64,000 nucleotides of DNA, from the IMG/VR virus record IMGVR_UViG_3300015371_000023. One strand, 5' to 3'. Position numbers and translations under genes: made by a program. Origin of the DNA: an uncultured virus (IMG/VR IMGVR_UViG_3300015371_000023) (Duplodnaviria > Heunggongvirae > Uroviricota > Caudoviricetes). The notes under the pieces are model-generated. The model searched no databases and was not told where the DNA came from. It saw only the letters and a list, made by a program, of their open reading frames with translations. Shown here one piece after another: positions 37,872-45,967 of this stretch; within the stretch, counting starts at the first letter, position 1, and every line of letters starts with the position of its first letter.

Positions 37872-38112
37872 TCGCCCACCCGCCGTGCCCGCCAGCTGGT
37901 GCGCCGGGTGCCGCTGCGTCGTAGTTCACAGCAGCGGCACCCGGCCGTCTTGCCCTCGCGATCTCCCGAGTTGTCGGGACTCCCCGGGAGATCGCGAGGC
38001 TTCCCCAGGGCCCGCGTGAGGGGGGGCGCGGGCGCTGGAGCTTTGAGGCGGCAGATCCGCCGAGATGGACGCGGGTCCTGTGTGTCGCCGGGCACGAAGA
38101 TGAAGTTGAGGG

Positions 38113-38418
38113 TCATGCCGCGCTCCCGTGGTGGAGCCTGCGGATCAGGCCAACCAGCCCGCCCTGGCGCGATCCCCGCTGGTCCGGGATCGCGACGACC
38201 CGCGGGTTGAGTGCACGCACGCACAGCGGGCACAGCGGGCCGGGCGGGCAGGTCATGGATGTGACCTCGACCATCCCTCCGCATGCTGCCCTGTAAATCC
38301 CCAGGCCGGCCCTGCGTCCCTCGGCGAAGGCCGCGGTGCTGACGGCATGGTCGAGGCCGTCCCGCGCGCAGGTCATCGGAGTGACGTCGTCCGGCGTGAG
38401 TGCCGGGTTCTCGGCCAT
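38113..38418 (-). CDS. putative zinc-finger protein divergent from the Xre gene
   Basis: ATG after GGAGG; DG.DHAV..YRAACG..CPLC. Confidence 0.7.
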   Translation of the reverse strand: MAENPALTPDDVTPMTCARDGLDHAVSTAAFAEGRRAGLGIYRAACGGMVEVTSMTCPPGPLCPLCVRALNPRVVAIPDQRGSRQGGLVGLIRRLHHGSAA

Positions 38419-38585
38419 CTCGCCTCCCCAACTTGTGATCCGAGCACCCGCCGCGACTCGATTCCGCGTGATGCCAACTAATGCCACGCGCAAGCATGGT
38501 GTGGCATCGTGACGCACGCAATACTCCGCGTGGGTGACATGCAACATCACGCCACGTAGCCGGACTCGGAGGTCGAAGCCGCACT

Positions 38586-39449
38586 ATGCTCAACCGCATG
38601 GCGACGGATATGCGCGACAAGCGCCTCGGCGGGAGGCTGCGCAAGATCGCGGAGCGGGCCGGGTTGACCACCTATGTTCTGGCCGCCGAGCTGGGGCTAA
38701 GCCAGGGCCAGATCTCGAAGATCTTCAACGGCAAGCGCAAGATCAGCCAAGTTAACTTGATCAAGGCGCTTGCGCTTGCGAACGCCACTCCCGAGGAGAC
38801 GGATGGCCTACTCCGCCTCCTGAACCCGGAGGGTGGCGATCTCGACGAGTCCACCTGGGTTGCCATCCGGGCCGTGGAGCGCGACCACATGATCGGCGCC
38901 GTGATGGCCGCCGAAGAGGAAGCGAAGACCATCACGTACTTTGCCGCACTGATGGTTCCAGGACTGATCCAGACGGCTGCCTACGCTCGCGCCCAGATGG
39001 AAGCGGACGGCGTATCGCCCGCAGACGCGCGTCGATGGGTTGCGGAGCGCATTGGTCGACGGAACATCCTCGAACGCCGCGAGAACCCGGTTCACCTCGT
39101 AGCGTACTTCCACGAGGGCGTGCTACGCACCGTTATAGGTGACATCTCGGTCATGATTGAACAGCTCGAATACCTCATCGAGCTGCAAACCAAACTTGAT
39201 AACGTGACAATTCGTGTTGTCCCCTTCGCGGCAGGTAAGACGCCGTTGCAAGATGGGCAACGTCTCGTTATCGAGTCGCCGGATGCTGCGCCACTGGTTC
39301 ACTCGGATCTCCACTACGTCGGGCTGTTCCTTGAAGATCCGGCGTTGGTTGAGCGAACCACGTTGCAGATGGCGGTGCTCAACGAAAAGGCGCTGGATGC
39401 GGCCAAGTCTGCCGCGTTCATCGCCAACATCATCAGTGAGTGGAGATAA
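38586..39449 (+). CDS. Xre-family HTH regulator with DUF5753 domain (WhiJ/Scr1-like)
   Basis: LG.RLR..E..G.T...LA..LG.SQ..ISKI; VPGLIQT.AYARA; EGVL...IG...VM.EQL..L; IRVVPF. Confidence 0.92.
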   Translation: MLNRMATDMRDKRLGGRLRKIAERAGLTTYVLAAELGLSQGQISKIFNGKRKISQVNLIKALALANATPEETDGLLRLLNPEGGDLDESTWVAIRAVERDHMIGAVMAAEEEAKTITYFAALMVPGLIQTAAYARAQMEADGVSPADARRWVAERIGRRNILERRENPVHLVAYFHEGVLRTVIGDISVMIEQLEYLIELQTKLDNVTIRVVPFAAGKTPLQDGQRLVIESPDAAPLVHSDLHYVGLFLEDPALVERTTLQMAVLNEKALDAAKSAAFIANIISEWR

Positions 39450-39453
39450 CTAG

Positions 39454-39663
39454 ATGGATCTAAAGCAGCCAGCTCTCCCGGATGAGGAGGGTTTCTTTCC
39501 CTACAAGAAGTCAAGTGCTTCCGAGGGGGAGACGGCCTGCGTTGAGGTGGCGGTTGGCTCCAAGGGTGCCAAGCTGCGTGACACCAAGAACCGTGCGGGC
39601 GGCGCGCTTCAGGTCGGCCGTGAAGGGTATGTAGCGTTCCTGCGTAAGACGGGCGCCGCCTAG
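39454..39663 (+). CDS. DUF397 protein (partner of the Xre/DUF5753 gene)
   Basis: KKSS.S.....CVEVA.....LRDTKN..G..L. Confidence 0.9.
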   Translation: MDLKQPALPDEEGFFPYKKSSASEGETACVEVAVGSKGAKLRDTKNRAGGALQVGREGYVAFLRKTGAA

Positions 39664-39687
39664 GTTCTATATCAGGTAATAGGAAAG

Positions 39688-39730
39688 GGAAAGCGAGCCC
39701 CCCGGCCGAGTCCGCCGGGGGGTTCGCTTT
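39688..39730. terminator. intrinsic terminator-like hairpin
   Basis: AAAGCGAGCCCCCGG ... CCGGGGGTTCGCTTT. Confidence 0.7.
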
Positions 39731-39787
39731 GTGTCCGGGCCGGATCGACACGCATGACTCCCCGGCCGGTCGCTATCATCCCAGGTC

Positions 39788-40081
39788 ATGCAGCCAAGCC
39801 CAGAACCCCGGTCGGAACGCTTATCGATCTCTGAAAGCCTCGAACTCCTCGCCGCCGTCGAGGCCGGGGTTGTCCGCCAGGAACCGGACGGGATCTCGAT
39901 CATGACGTTTTGGGCGGAGCCACCCCAGCTCAGCGCACTGGACACCTACGCGAGCTTCGAGTTCGTCCGGATTGCCGACGGTGGCGTCTTCGTCCTGACC
40001 GATGCTGGCCGAAGTCACCTGGACCGCCACTACGCCACCCGCGACAAGAAGGCGTACACCCCGCAGGCGGGTGACGAGTGA
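39788..40081 (+). CDS. hypothetical protein
   Basis: 97 aa with a winged-helix-like tail (FVLTDAGR..L). Confidence 0.5.
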   Translation: MQPSPEPRSERLSISESLELLAAVEAGVVRQEPDGISIMTFWAEPPQLSALDTYASFEFVRIADGGVFVLTDAGRSHLDRHYATRDKKAYTPQAGDE

Positions 40082-40426
40082 CCGCCGGCATTGCGAGCGC
40101 GGTCGTTGGTGGCGAGCCCGGGAGGCTGGCCCTCACGGCGTCCCGGTCGTCTTCGACGGCGAGGACAGCCGCTGGGACGAGTTCGTCCGGGGTGTGCATG
40201 GAGCCGGGATGAACCTCGTTTGCCCCGAGGCCGCACCCCGGCCCCATGCTGAGTTCGGCGCGTTGCAGCTTGCCGAACTCCATTTCACCCGCGCACACGG
40301 AGACCGAACCCGCTTCACGCCACCACAGCTAAGCATCCACGAACGTGTCCGGCCATCGTCGGACAAGCATCCGGACAACTCCGGACAGGGTTGCGTCGTC
40401 CTCGCACAAATGTTCGACTGTGCGAC

Positions 40427-40858
40427 ATGGGTGCGACATGGACCTTTCCGGGCTGGTGCCCGTCGGCCACAGACGGGGAGCGGTACCGCTGGACCATCAG
40501 CTTCAAGCCCGCGGACAAGCGCTGGGCGCCACAGGAGGAGCTGATCGGCGGCCCCCCGGCCGGCGTGGACCTGGCGGCTCTACTGAAGGCCTGGTTCCAG
40601 GAGCGCGGCGGCCCGGTGGCCTGGTGGCGCCTGCGGGTGACGCCGCTGGAGGATGAGACGACGGTCCTGGCGGAGGTTGAGCTGTACTTCGCCGAGGCGG
40701 TGGTGCACAAGGTGCGGCGGCTGGGGCCGGATCGCGGGCCAGTCGCCCCGACCTACTGGACGTCGACCCGGCGGTTCCCGCCTTCGCCGGCGCAGATCCG
40801 GGCCTGGGAGACTCGCCCCGAGGGACCTCCGGAGGCTTGGAAAGCTAGATCAAGGTAA
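40427..40858 (+). CDS. hypothetical Trp/Pro-rich protein
   Basis: ATG 40427; ends at the 40860 hairpin. Confidence 0.5.
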   Translation: MGATWTFPGWCPSATDGERYRWTISFKPADKRWAPQEELIGGPPAGVDLAALLKAWFQERGGPVAWWRLRVTPLEDETTVLAEVELYFAEAVVHKVRRLGPDRGPVAPTYWTSTRRFPPSPAQIRAWETRPEGPPEAWKARSR

Positions 40859-40896
40859 TGCAGAAGGCCCCCGGTTTACGACGCCGGGGGCCTCTG

Positions 40897-40970
40897 TGGC
40901 GGGGGCAGGATTCGAACCTGCGACCTCTGGGTTATGAGCCCAGCAAGCTACCGAGCTGCTCCACCCCGCT
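40897..40970 (-). tRNA. initiator tRNA-fMet(CAU)
   Basis: Cloverleaf with anticodon arm CTGGG-CTCATAA-CCCAG (three G:C pairs) and an unpaired 1:72 position. Confidence 0.93.
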
Positions 40971-40982
40971 CCGATGATCAAC

Positions 40983-41012
40983 AGGCTACCGGAGCGGGCC
41001 GGGCCCCGGCAA
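40983..41012 (-). promoter_or_regulatory. putative housekeeping promoter of tRNA-fMet
   Basis: TTGCCG-N18-TAGCCT ending 12 nt upstream of the tRNA. Confidence 0.6.
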
Positions 41013-41013
41013 A

Positions 41014-41093
41014 GCAGAAGGCCCCGGTGTACAACGCCGGGGCCTTCTTGTCTCCGCAAGTCATCCGGAGCACGGATCAACAGGTGGAGGCTT
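41014..41093 (-). ncRNA. putative unknown small RNA (about 80 nt)
   Basis: Lies between CTGTCG-N18-TATGAT (41099-41128) and terminator copy 2; internal hairpin ATCCG-TGCTC-CGGAT closed by CTCC/GGAG. Confidence 0.45.
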
Positions 41094-41236
41094 TGGCGAT
41101 CATACCCGCGGTTCGGGGCCTCCGACAGCCGATGCAGAAGGCCCCCGGTGCGACACCGGGGGCCTTCTGATGTTCCTGCCCCGCGTAGGCGGGGAGCGTG
41201 CACTTACGTGCGTTGCGATCCTCGGGTCCCAGAGAG

Positions 41237-41387
41237 TCCCGCTGCCCCGCTTGCGCGGGGACCACGATCCTGACCGCCCCTAGCAAACGAGCGCCTCAGG
41301 TTCAGCCCCGCTGACGCGGGGAGGTCGATCTTCCGGACCACAAGCGAATGTGGACCCTCGGATCAGCCCCGCTCTCGCGGGGACGCC
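41237..41387 (-). CRISPR. cas-less degenerate type I-E mini-array: three 29-nt repeats, two 32-nt spacers (possible fourth remnant at 41171-41199)
   Basis: Minus-strand repeats GGCGTCCCCGCGAGAGCGGGGCTGATCCG (41359-41387), GACCTCCCCGCGTCAGCGGGGCTGAACCT (41298-41326), GTGGTCCCCGCGCAAGCGGGGCAGCGGGA (41237-41265); exact 61-nt period. Confidence 0.82.
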
Positions 41388-41391
41388 GACG

Positions 41392-41420
41392 AGAGTACTC
41401 CGCCGTCGAACGTGCGTCCA
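41392..41420 (-). promoter_or_regulatory. putative promoter of the mini-array
   Basis: TGGACG-N17-TACTCT ending 4 nt before the first repeat. Confidence 0.6.
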
Positions 41421-41441
41421 GGCGGACGCGGGGTAGGCGGT

Positions 41442-41648
41442 CTACCTGCGTCGGGACAACCTTTGCCCAAACCTGTACACCAGGTAGCCGGTCAGGATGG
41501 CCAATACGGGGATAGACGACCATCGGTACTCGCCGGCGGCGGCCTGGCCGATCCAGAAGCCCAGGCATACCCCCGACGCGGCCACGAGGCCGAGCGCGAT
41601 CCACGTGTCGCGCTCGGCCCGCGCCTTCGCCTTCGCCTTCGATCCCAT
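41442..41648 (-). CDS. small two-TM membrane protein
   Basis: WIALGLVAASGVCLGFWIG and IPVLAILTGYLVY; basic termini. Confidence 0.6.
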   Translation of the reverse strand: MGSKAKAKARAERDTWIALGLVAASGVCLGFWIGQAAAGEYRWSSIPVLAILTGYLVYRFGQRLSRRR

Positions 41649-41714
41649 GTACGGAGTGTGCCACCCGATGCCCTCATATGAGGGGATGGCTGCCCCGTCC
41701 GCCACCCCCGGGTT

Positions 41715-41981
41715 CGTGGGAACGCGTGGGAACAGGCTCCGGTATCGCGCCTTTTGGGTCTACGTGGCGCGACACGGTCCGACACGTTGACACGACAAAC
41801 CCGCAGGTGAGACCCTACTTCTCAGGAAACACCAGGTTAGCTCGCGCAAGTCCCGCAAAGGGCCATTCACGGGACCAGGCTCGGCGAACGGGAGAGTATC
41901 AGCAAAGGCGCAGGTCAGAGGCTCGAAGATGATCAACGAGCCCTTGGATGCGCCCTCCGTGGGAAGACATTTCCCACGGAG
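41715..41981. other. probable attP region with arm-type repeats
   Basis: CGTGGGAAC twice in direct orientation (41715, 41725) and a perfect inverted pair CTCCGTGGGAA/TTCCCACGGAG (41955-41981), just upstream of the integrase. Confidence 0.55.
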
Positions 41982-42056
41982 CTTGATCCACTCCCAGCGG
42001 CCGGGCTACGGTCACCACGGGACGCCGCGCGTGCGCAAGCGAGAAGGCAGCCCGCG

Positions 42057-43403
42057 ATGACGACGAAGACCAAGACCCGCCGCAAGCCCGCGCCGAAGAG
42101 CGAGGAGGCCGGGCCGGAGCAGCTGCCCCCCAGCGGCCGGTACCGCATTTACTATTGGCACCCGATCAAGAAGAAGAAGATCTGGGTCCGGAACCCCGAG
42201 CCCGGCTCCCGCGGGACGTGGCCCACGCCCGAGTCCGCCCTTCTGGCGCGGGAGGAGTTCAAGGCCCGGCTTGACGGGGCGTTGATCGCCCAGGGTGTCC
42301 CCGTGCAGCGCCAGACCCACCGGCCGAACGTCCCCACAGTCACCGAGGTGATCGACGCGTGGTTGCCGCTTCAGGACGGTACCAAGCAGACCTGCGCCAC
42401 CCGCACGTCCGTGGTGGGGGCGTTCAAGCGGCAGTGGCCCGACCTGCCTATCGATGAGCTGGACAAAGACACCTACGTGAAGTGGGACCTCGCGGAGAAG
42501 GATGCCGGCCGGTCGACGTCGACCCGATCTCAGCGGCTGATCTACATGGGGCAGATCATCCGGTGGGCCGTCAAGAAGGAGTGGCGGAAAGACGACTTCA
42601 CCGAGGACATGAAGGCGATCCGCGTTCGCCGGACCATCCGACCGGAGATCTTGACGTTCTCCAACTTCATCGCCCTGACGTATCACCTGGACTTCTGGGC
42701 TCTTCCGGCTCTGGTGCTGGCCTACGAGTGCGGGATGCGGGCAGGGGAGATCACCGGCCTCACCTGGCAGCGGATCGACCTCGACGGGCCTAACCCCAGC
42801 GTGCTCGTCCGCGACGTCATGGAGAACGACCTCACCACCCGACCCAATACGAAGGGTGGCGGCGAGGAGGGGGAACGCAGGGTCAGTCTCAGTCCATACG
42901 CGGTGCAGCTCCTCCGGGGGATCCGCGATTGGCGCGGCGACGGTCCGGAGGATTTCGTGATCCGCAACAGCCGCAACAACCCGGTGTATGCGGCGTACCT
43001 CGGCCGCCGGTTCCGGGTTGCCTGGCGTCGAGCGTCGGAACTCGGTGAGGTCACCGGCCCGCGGCCCCGCTTTCACGACCTCCGCCACACCGTCGGGACC
43101 GGCCTGGCGGCGGCCGGGGCGCCGATCACCGTCATCATGGATATCCTCGGACACAGCAGCACGAGGATGACGAAGGGGTACCTGCGGGATGCGCAGCTCC
43201 CGGAGATCGCCGCGTGGATGAACGTCGTGGCCCAGCGGCACGAGGTGGCGCCCGTGAGCTACCTGCCTACCCCGGAGCCCGAGTCCACCACCCTGGACCA
43301 GTTGGCAACCTCCGTCGGCCTCGATGCCGATGCGGTGATCACCATCGTTGCGGAACTCGGCCGGCGGGGACTCCTGCGGCAGGACCTCGACCTCGCGGCG
43401 TAG
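42057..43403 (+). CDS. int: tyrosine integrase
   Basis: GMRAGEITGL.W, FHDLRHT, ILGHSS..MT..Y catalytic motifs. Confidence 0.95.
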   Translation: MTTKTKTRRKPAPKSEEAGPEQLPPSGRYRIYYWHPIKKKKIWVRNPEPGSRGTWPTPESALLAREEFKARLDGALIAQGVPVQRQTHRPNVPTVTEVIDAWLPLQDGTKQTCATRTSVVGAFKRQWPDLPIDELDKDTYVKWDLAEKDAGRSTSTRSQRLIYMGQIIRWAVKKEWRKDDFTEDMKAIRVRRTIRPEILTFSNFIALTYHLDFWALPALVLAYECGMRAGEITGLTWQRIDLDGPNPSVLVRDVMENDLTTRPNTKGGGEEGERRVSLSPYAVQLLRGIRDWRGDGPEDFVIRNSRNNPVYAAYLGRRFRVAWRRASELGEVTGPRPRFHDLRHTVGTGLAAAGAPITVIMDILGHSSTRMTKGYLRDAQLPEIAAWMNVVAQRHEVAPVSYLPTPEPESTTLDQLATSVGLDADAVITIVAELGRRGLLRQDLDLAA

Positions 43404-43416
43404 GCCCGGCAGCGTC

Positions 43417-43737
43417 TCAGCCCTGCGGCTCGGCGGGGCTGAGATCCGGGTCGCTCTCGGCGTCGCCGACCCCCTGAAGATCGTTGATGATCTTCAGGTC
43501 CATCGGACTGAGCACGATGACATCGCCGCACGGACGTAGGAACAGCTCCGTGATTTCGCCTTCGCTTCCAGCACGCAGCTCTACGGCGCGCTTCTGGTTC
43601 GCCCGTCCCACGACGAGCCTTAGCGCGGTCAACGTAACCGACCACCTCTCTGCACCGGGTGGCACCACGAGTATCTCTGGGGTGCTGCATAGCACCCAGA
43701 CGGGCGGCATCGTTTGATGCACATGCACTAATATCAC
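43417..43737 (-). CDS. hypothetical protein downstream of the repressor
   Basis: 106-aa ORF between repressor and integrase. Confidence 0.45.
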   Translation of the reverse strand: MILVHVHQTMPPVWVLCSTPEILVVPPGAERWSVTLTALRLVVGRANQKRAVELRAGSEGEITELFLRPCGDVIVLSPMDLKIINDLQGVGDAESDPDLSPAEPQG

Positions 43738-43757
43738 ACGACGTTGCGGGTCGACAG

Positions 43758-44246
43758 TTATTCAGAGTCATCCGATTTGACACGATCGGCGGACGTCTCC
43801 CATAAGGGAACCACACTTTTGGCGTAGCGCACCACATCGGCGTTCTGCTCCGTGGTGCCCGCCAGAGTCACCTTTGCAAGTTCAACAAGTGCACGCCGCT
43901 GCCTGTCCGTCATCGGAGCGGCAAGCTTCGCTATCTTCTGCATAGCCGGGGCGCAGTTCTGCGTCTCCGGGTATAAGTCCTCAGTGAATGCCAGATAAAC
44001 CTCGTTGTAGCCACATCCGAGAAACTTGGCGATATCGGAGAGCTTGTCACTCTTGGGGATCCCCTGGTATGTGGCGTCTCCGCGCTTGAAGATCCGGTCG
44101 ATCGTGTGGACATCCACACCTAGGGCCACTGCCCGGCGCGACCTGCTTTTACAGGCGTCGTACATAACGAAGAGCTGTCGGACTTTCGCCAATCTATTCC
44201 ACGTTGGGGACAGTTCACTGGGCCCCGTCGAACTGGGATTCGACAT
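43758..44246 (-). CDS. putative immunity repressor (divergent XRE HTH)
   Basis: SRRAVALGVDVHTIDRI..P..DKLSDIAKFLG; divergent from the excisionase; start refined to ATG 44246. Confidence 0.65.
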   Translation of the reverse strand: MSNPSSTGPSELSPTWNRLAKVRQLFVMYDACKSRSRRAVALGVDVHTIDRIFKRGDATYQGIPKSDKLSDIAKFLGCGYNEVYLAFTEDLYPETQNCAPAMQKIAKLAAPMTDRQRRALVELAKVTLAGTTEQNADVVRYAKSVVPLWETSADRVKSDDSE

Positions 44247-44642
44247 CCTATCGACCTTCCTCCTTGCTCTGCGGGGGTTTGCCATCCAGGCAAACCCCCG
44301 CCTTGGCCTGATGGAAACCCGTCGTGGACATGCTCGTCGGACAGTTTGGCACGGCGTCGCATCCATGCTTCCAGCATCTCTCAGTCACCGCCTGCGCAGG
44401 GACGTCCCGATCGGGTCAGTTTCGATATTACTTAGCGCCGCCATGCATCGCACGTCGTCGCTTGACCAGGCGCAATACCGCAATCTTGGTAAAATCTGTC
44501 AGATTTCTTGATCTTCGGCGTGTCCCCGTGCAAGGTCATCACCGAAGCCCTCCCGGGCCGATCGACGGAGACACCAACCGCCCACAGCGCACGCGCGGCC
44601 CGTCGATCCCAGAGGAGGGGAACAGGACGAGAGGAGGGCCCC

Positions 44643-44912
44643 GTGTTGGCCACCGCGGATGAGACGCGGCACGTGTCTATGCCCGAATTCCTACGAAACA
44701 GCGCGATGCCGCTGGACGAGGCGGTGGATTACCTCCGGATCGACCGCTCGACCGCGTACCGCTACATCGAGGACGGGAAGCTCGCCAAGATCAAGCATGG
44801 GGGGCGGACGTGGATTACCCGGCGGTCCATCGAGGAGTACGAGCAGTCGCTGATCGACGCGGCCACGAGGGAGCAGGGTCGGGCCGCGCGCGCAGCCAAA
44901 CGTGCACAGTGA
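44643..44912 (+). CDS. excisionase/Cro-like HTH_17 protein
   Basis: LDEAVDYLRIDRSTAYRYIEDGKL..IK.GGRT.I. Confidence 0.85.
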   Translation: MLATADETRHVSMPEFLRNSAMPLDEAVDYLRIDRSTAYRYIEDGKLAKIKHGGRTWITRRSIEEYEQSLIDAATREQGRAARAAKRAQ

Positions 44913-45400
44913 TCCGCGCGGCCGGGCTGGCTGCTACCCATGCCCGGCCGCGCTTGACCCCCGAAAAGGAATCCGGATGACCCAGACCCATCATTCCATC
45001 CCCCGGCAGGGTGGCCAACATCGCCGGCAGCGTGACGATATCGAGGCAAGGTGTGTTGCCGCGATGTGGGAGCGCCTGCACTGCGGTGTGCCGACCGACC
45101 CGATCCGGGATCTTGGGCTGCGCAACTACACCCCGCGGCATGCGGCGTCGGCGTCGCGCCGGCGGGTGTACTTGCCCGAGGACGGAGTGAGTTCCCAGTG
45201 ACCGACGCCCGTGTTCGTGTCACGCATGTCCTTCGCCGCCGGCTGCGGCGCCTCGACGAGGCGCGGTTGCTGTACGTCGACGCGGTCTACACCCGCATCG
45301 GCCAAGCGGCCGTGAAGATGTTCATCGCCGCCGCCGTGCTGCTCGTCATCTTGATGGCGAGCATCGCGATCGTGTGGTCCAGCTGAGAAAAGGAAGCACA

Positions 45401-45724
45401 TTGCCCATCACCGAAGCCCCGATCGACGTCAGCGACCTCGTGGCGCCGGCCGACCTCCGCCGCATCCTCCAGAAGCAGCCGAGCACCCCCGTCTTCAACC
45501 GCGTCCTGGCCAAGCACGGAACTCGGGTGACGCGACTGCGTAAGCAGGTGTGGCCGGTTGTCGCGACCGACCCGGCGGGCGAGCCGCAGGAGCCAGCTGA
45601 CGAGCCGGAAGCGACCCCGCAACCGGATGCTCCGCAGACGGACGCCCCGCAGGACCCGACACCAGAGTTCACCGAGCCGGAAGCGACCCCGAATCCCGGC
45701 GACGAACCGACCGAAGACCGGTAA
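45401..45724 (+). CDS. hypothetical protein with an acidic Pro-rich tail
   Basis: TTG after AGGAA; EPEATP repeated. Confidence 0.5.
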   Translation: MPITEAPIDVSDLVAPADLRRILQKQPSTPVFNRVLAKHGTRVTRLRKQVWPVVATDPAGEPQEPADEPEATPQPDAPQTDAPQDPTPEFTEPEATPNPGDEPTEDR

Positions 45725-45727
45725 GCC

Positions 45728-45967
45728 GTGAGCCGCACCCACGAGTGCCCGGGTGGGTGTGAGGCACGCGTCCCGAGACATCTCTACGCGTGCAACGAGT
45801 GCTGGTATCGCCTTCCCCTTCCCCACCGGATCGCCATCCAGCAGAACAACCGGCATAGCACCCTCGGCTATGCCTGCGCGCGGTACGAAGCACACACCTG
45901 GTATCACGACCACCCGCTGACCACAAAGGACAGACGTAGCAGCTCAGAAGGGGCTTCCCAGCAATGA
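45728..45967 (+). CDS. small Cys/His-rich protein
   Basis: HECPGGC..C..CWYRLP. Confidence 0.6.
   Translation: MSRTHECPGGCEARVPRHLYACNECWYRLPLPHRIAIQQNNRHSTLGYACARYEAHTWYHDHPLTTKDRRSSSEGASQQ

Larger units (their letters stand above)
40860..41169 (-). repeat. three near-identical terminator hairpins (40860-40896, 41014-41048, 41134-41169)
   Basis: Plus-strand consensus GCAGAAGGCCCC(C)GGT-N-CCGGGG(G)CCT. Confidence 0.9.

Noticed and set aside
34145..39730. Host chromosome or prophage boundary
   Set aside because: Genes are host-like, but none is a housekeeping gene, and phage lysis and integration modules flank the block continuously; treated as cargo.
41171..41236. Fourth CRISPR repeat (ACGCTCCCCGCCTACGCGGGGCAGGAACA) and a third spacer
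   Set aside because: The period is 66 rather than 61 and the preceding repeat's handle is decayed; kept only as a possible remnant.
41411..41440. Possible fifth repeat (..GGACGCGGGG)
   Set aside because: Only half the palindrome, out of register, and overlapping the predicted -35 element.
43415..43445. GCGGGGCTGAGATCC resembling a solitary type I-E repeat
   Set aside because: Better explained as the TCTCAGCCC/GGGCTGAGA hairpin between convergent genes; it lacks the CCCCGC arm.
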